Positions 59,093-64,000 of a stretch of DNA of 64,000 nucleotides are shown here, piece after piece. Source of the stretch: an uncultured Gemmatimonadales bacterium. GTDB taxonomy: Bacteria; Gemmatimonadota; Gemmatimonadetes; Gemmatimonadales; Gemmatimonadaceae. The stretch is from assembly GCA_963793305.1 (NCBI GenBank), contig CAWBZV010000003.1, positions 320,001 through 384,000 of the forward strand, given 5' to 3'. A program made the translations under genes and the position numbers. The notes beneath the pieces were generated by a model. The model searched no databases, was not told the DNA's origin, and saw only the letters and a list, made by a program, of their open reading frames with translations. Position 1 is the first letter of the stretch; every line of letters starts with the position of its first letter.

Positions 59093-59902
59093 CGAACAGA
59101 TCGCGCCTGGGCCACGAGCGTCGCGAGCACCTGACGACTCTCGGGGACGAGCCGGTGATGGTCGAACCTGAGCCGCCCGAAATACCGGGTATAGACCCAG
59201 ATCTCGAACGTCGGGCTCGACGAACACTTGGTCGGGATCGCCCACCTGTAGATAGGCGCTGCCGCGGTCGGTCTGCCAACCCGGGGTGCCCCTCTCGCCG
59301 TATCGCTTGTTCGCTTCGCCCACACGACCCAAGTACTCGGAGAGCGGCTCTCTGGACCGCGCCAGAAACGTCGCCCACGCCCGAGGCCTCTCGTCAACAG
59401 GCGCTTGGCGCAGCGAATCGAGTCGATCGGCTGGTGCGAAGTACCGCAGCACACCAAGAAGCTGATCGAACGAGGCCGCGTTCAAGACCGGCCCAAAGCC
59501 GACGAACACTGGCGTCGTGATGCGGTCTCGTCCGCGTGTGACAGTGAGAGTCGTTTCGCCAATGGCGAGGCGCGACAGCGGGACTAGGATCACGCCGTTG
59601 TACAGAGTGTCGTGATGCTGGAGCGCGACGGTGTCCGTCCATCCCGGCCCTGCGAGCGTGACCGGCGACTGATCCGCACCAGAGGCTTCGAGGTACAGGG
59701 CGATTGCCGTGTCGCGTCCGAAGGTCGCGGTCGCGCCAGGGAGTGCGTACAGCGGCGGTTTCGACTCTGGCATAGGAATCGGCGTAACAAGCGCCGCGCT
59801 CGGTCCGACGGCGGGCTCTCCGGCGTGTGCGCGGGTATGGGCGCTCGCGCATGCCAGAGCCGCCATCACCATCAACGATCGCCCTAGTAGTTGCGCCCGC
59901 AT
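59089..59902 (-). CDS. GWxTD domain-containing lipoprotein, +1 frameshift near 59208
   Basis: ALAC lipobox; EYLGRVGEANKRY...GWQTDRG.AY...GDPD; repair gives VEIWVY. Confidence 0.82.
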
Positions 59903-59926
59903 GATTGGGAAGATTACCTTCGCCTC

Positions 59927-60803
<877 letters not shown>

Positions 60804-60832
<29 letters not shown>

Positions 60833-61877
60833 CGACCTCGCCAATCGCGGCGACCTGACCGGAGGCGCGCAGCAGCGCCGCCTTTGCGTCGACGGGATCG
60901 ACCGGCAGCCACACCGTGAACGTCGAGCCGCGCCCGACCTCGGATTCGACGGTGATCTCGCCGCCTATGAGCCGTGCCAGTCGGCGTGAGATCGATAGGC
61001 CCAGACCAGTGCCGCGGCGGACGGAGTCGCCCCGAGGGCCCGCGTTCACTTGCTCGAACTCGTCAAAGATCCGTTCGCGGTCATCGAGGGCAATGCCGAT
61101 GCCGGTGTCGATCACCGATAGCGCGACCCAGATCCCGTCCGGCGGTAGGCTGGGCGCGACCGCGTCCTCGCCGGACATGATGCGGCCGCGAACGACAATG
61201 CCGCCCTCGATCGTGTACTTGACCGCGTTGCCGAGGAGGTTGACGAGCACTTGGCGGAGGTGCGAGGGGTCGGTGCGAAGCCGCGGTAGCGACGCGGGGA
61301 TCGCCATCGATAGCGCCAGGCCTCGCTCGTTCGCCAGGGGCTCGACCTCGGTCGCGACCTCCAGAACGAACGGCCGCAAGTCGAGCCGCTCGGTGTGCAC
61401 CTCCATGCGGCCGGCCGTCATCTTCGCCAGATCCAGGACCTGATCGACGAGGTGTCGAAGGTGCAAAGCCGAGGCTTCGATGCGCTGCACGGGCCCGACC
61501 TGGCGTGGTTGCAGCTCGCCGTACACGCCATCGCGCAGGAGATCGACGAACCCGACGATCGCGTTGAGCGGCGTCCGGAGCTCGTGCGAGACATTCGCCA
61601 GAAACTCGCTCTTCGCGCGATTCGCTCGAAGGAGCTCGGCCGACAGCCGTTCGAGCTCGGCCGATCGCTCGGCCACGCGTCGCGTCAACCGGCGCTCATG
61701 CACGAGCGCCAGCGTCAGCGCGATCAGCGTCGCGGCACCCATGGCCCAGAGTCCATAGCGCAGCGTCGTCATCGCCGGCGACCGCGCCAGCTCGCGGTCG
61801 GAGACGTAGAGCGCCGTGAACGCGAAGACCGCGACCGCGGCCAGCGCAACGGACGAGAATCGGACCGGTGCACGCAT
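60804..61877 (-). CDS. sensor histidine kinase (TM-HisKA-HATPase)
   Basis: FLANVSHELRTPLN, NLLGNAVKYT, DTGIGI, GTGLGL; probable start MRAPV at 61877. Confidence 0.9.
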
Positions 61878-61928
61878 CGATAAGATCTCGTTGACGTCGT
61901 TCGTCCGAGCGTCTAACCTGCGGGCGCT

Positions 61929-62489
61929 ATGTTCGGACAGCATGATACACTCCTCGACCTGCTCGCGCGACGGTCGGCCAAACGGGGTGAGTTCACGCTC
62001 TCCTCCGGCAAGCGGTCGACGCTCTACATCGACGCGCGGCTCACGACGATGAGCCCCGACGGCCTCGCCCTCATCGGCCCCCTCGCACTCGCCGCCATCC
62101 GCGGCGCCAAGTGGGACGTCGACTCCGCCGGTGGCCTCACGCTTGGCGCCGATCCCATCGCCTATGCCGTCGCATACGCCAGCGCGCTGCCTGGCGCCGG
62201 GCCGCTCGTACGGGCGTTCACCGTGCGCAAAGAGGCGAAAGCGCACGGGACCGGGAAACTCATCGAAGGTCCCTTCGCCAATACCGACCGCGTCGTCATC
62301 GTCGAGGACGTTATCACAACTGGCGGCTCGGCACTCCGCGCGGCCGAAGCCGTGAAGAACGCCGGCGGGCGGATCTCCGGCGTGTTGGCGCTCGTGGATC
62401 GCGAAGAAGGCGGGCGAGAGGCTATCGAGGCCACGGGACTGGCCGTCCTATCGCTCACCCGCGCGGCCGACATTCTCAAACGCCTATGA
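61929..62489 (+). CDS. pyrE: orotate phosphoribosyltransferase
   Basis: GEFTLSSGK, RKEAKAHG, VEDVITTGGS PRPP motif, LVDR. Confidence 0.95.
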   Translation: MFGQHDTLLDLLARRSAKRGEFTLSSGKRSTLYIDARLTTMSPDGLALIGPLALAAIRGAKWDVDSAGGLTLGADPIAYAVAYASALPGAGPLVRAFTVRKEAKAHGTGKLIEGPFANTDRVVIVEDVITTGGSALRAAEAVKNAGGRISGVLALVDREEGGREAIEATGLAVLSLTRAADILKRL

Positions 62490-63034
62490 GCTCGGCGCAG
62501 TCGAGCTCTGTCCAACCGACCAGTCGAGCGGTGCGAAGCGCCGCATCGACGCGCGGCGGAGCCGCGCGAGTCGTCATCCTCGGGCCGGGCGCATCCGGTA
62601 AGTCGACGCTCGCGCGGCGATTGGGGGAGATCACGGGATTGCCCGTGGTCGAGCTGGACAAAGTCTTCTGGCGAGCGGGCCTCGCCGCGACACCACGCCA
62701 GGAGTGGATCGAGATCCAGCAGACACTCGTCGCGCAGCCCACGTGGATCATGGACGGCGACTTGGGGCCATACGACGCCGTCGAGGTCCGCCTTCGCGCG
62801 GCAGACACGGTGATCCTCCTCGACTTCCCGATCATTCTATGCGCCTGGCGCGCGTTTTTGCGCTCTCGGGAACGTTGGGATTTCTGGCGATGGCTGCTGC
62901 GCTATCCCCGGGCCCGTATGCGCAGAGCGATCGCCGACTACGCGCCTCACGCCACGGTCTATGTCATCAGCTCGGGTCGAACCGGCGTAGAGCAGCTATG
63001 TACGGAAGCACGAGCTCGTGCCGAAAGAGGGTGA
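62486..63034 (+). CDS. adenylate kinase-like P-loop protein (FlaR/topology modulation family)
   Basis: GPGASGKSTLA, LDKVFW, WIMDG, ADTVILLD. Confidence 0.8.
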   Translation: MSSAQSSSVQPTSRAVRSAASTRGGAARVVILGPGASGKSTLARRLGEITGLPVVELDKVFWRAGLAATPRQEWIEIQQTLVAQPTWIMDGDLGPYDAVEVRLRAADTVILLDFPIILCAWRAFLRSRERWDFWRWLLRYPRARMRRAIADYAPHATVYVISSGRTGVEQLCTEARARAERG

Positions 63035-63803
63035 GCATGCGCTCGCCGTCGTACGTGCGGCGAAATGTCGAGGCGGTAATCTGCAGTGTGACGCCCAGGT
63101 GTCGCCCGAAGGCCTGAGGCGACGAGTACTCCATGCGGTTCGAGACGTTGGCGATCGAGAGTCCGGGGTTCTCGAGGAGCCGCGCCGCGCGCGTCAGGCG
63201 CGCCAGGTTGAGATAGTGACGCGCCGTCGGCAGCGCCAATCGGCTCAGGCGACTGGCGAGTGTCGCTGAAGGGAGATGGAGCCTGGGCGCAAAGGCCTCC
63301 ACAGTGACGATCGCGGGGACCGTCGTGAACATGACCTCGAAGAACTGCCAGCACGCGGCCGGCGCCCCGCTGAGATCAATCGCCAGCGCGTCCAGGGCGA
63401 TCTTGCTGATCTCGGTGGGTGAGCTGTCGGTCAGCGCCTTACGCAGCGCGCGCCAGCCGTCCTTGGCTCGTACGTCTACCAACGTGCGGACGCCACTGCG
63501 GCCCAGTGAGAGCACCGCCTGCGAGGCCGCGGGCTCGGCGGAGGAGAGGAGCGCGATCGCGGGGATCCGCGGGAATTCCTTCATGAGTCCCGCGACGCGC
63601 GTGGTCTCGCCGTACGTGCAGCGCGCGACGGAGACGACGACGGCCGCGACGCGGCGCTCGCGGACATCGCGAATGACGTCGTCCATCGAATCGCGATGGA
63701 GTGTCTCGTAGAGACCTTGCCCCGCGGCGTCCACCGAGGAACGTTCGGAGGGCGTGAGGATGGTCGAGATCGGCGGTGAATTTTGATCGGGTGGCATTTG
63801 CAC
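62967..63803 (-). CDS. AraC-family HTH regulator with receiver-like N-terminus
   Basis: RLTRAARLL...SIANVSNRMEYSSPQAFGRH AraC signature. Confidence 0.8.
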   Translation of the reverse strand: MQMPPDQNSPPISTILTPSERSSVDAAGQGLYETLHRDSMDDVIRDVRERRVAAVVVSVARCTYGETTRVAGLMKEFPRIPAIALLSSAEPAASQAVLSLGRSGVRTLVDVRAKDGWRALRKALTDSSPTEISKIALDALAIDLSGAPAACWQFFEVMFTTVPAIVTVEAFAPRLHLPSATLASRLSRLALPTARHYLNLARLTRAARLLENPGLSIANVSNRMEYSSPQAFGRHLGVTLQITASTFRRTYDGERMLTLFRHELVLPYIAALRRFDPS

Positions 63804-63868
63804 CGAATAGTCGCCACCGCCGTCAGCCGATCGTCAGCAACCCGAACTGATTATATTGCGTCAGAAAT

Positions 63869-64000
63869 ACCGCCGGTCGGACGGTCGCGACGCACCCTAG
63901 GGTGCGCCGAGGAAAGTCCGGGCTCCATAGGGCAGACTGCCAGGTAACGCCTGGGCGCGAGCGAGAATCTCGCACGCGACGGAAAGTGCCACAGAAAACA
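63869..64000 (+). ncRNA. rnpB: RNase P RNA (bacterial type A), 5' portion
   Basis: GAGGAAAGTCCGGGCTCC at 63909, CCAGGTAACGCCTGG, AGTGCCACAGAAAA; TATATT -10 at 63852. Confidence 0.95.

Noticed and set aside
3408..59902. Programmed frameshifting or mass pseudogenisation
   Set aside because: Indels lack slippery heptamers, hit conserved genes such as mnmG, and are not accompanied by in-frame nonsense codons or general decay; consensus error is simpler

Overview
GC-rich, gene-dense chromosomal segment, most likely from a Gemmatimonadota-type bacterium. That placement is inferred from ADOP permeases, BlaI/M56, GWxTD and carboxypeptidase-regulatory/plug-like paralogs; there is no rRNA here to confirm it. 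Core genes include mnmG, parA-parB with a parS cluster (so probably near the origin), polA, pyrE, sthA, fahA and the 5' part of RNase P RNA. Accessory modules are a sigma54/NtrC-controlled HlyD-ABC-ADOP export operon, a BlaI-M56 system with helical repeats, a nucleoside-type ABC operon interrupted by a LytS/LytTR pair, and several lipoproteins. About 14 genes carry single-base frameshifts, including mnmG, which points to long-read consensus errors. Five of these can be repaired by changing GAACGTC to the palindrome GACGTC, possibly a footprint of host DNA methylation. The best novelty candidates are: (i) an atypical insert at 38.9-39.5 kb encoding a small BECR/PBECR-like putative RNase followed by a hairpin-rich repeated non-coding region; (ii) parS palindromes containing the parA stop and parB start codons, amplified by nested duplications; (iii) a BlaR1-like protease and a lipoprotein sharing one helical repeat. 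No CRISPR array, tRNA, rRNA, transposase or integrase was recognised. All calls are by eye; no database searches were run.
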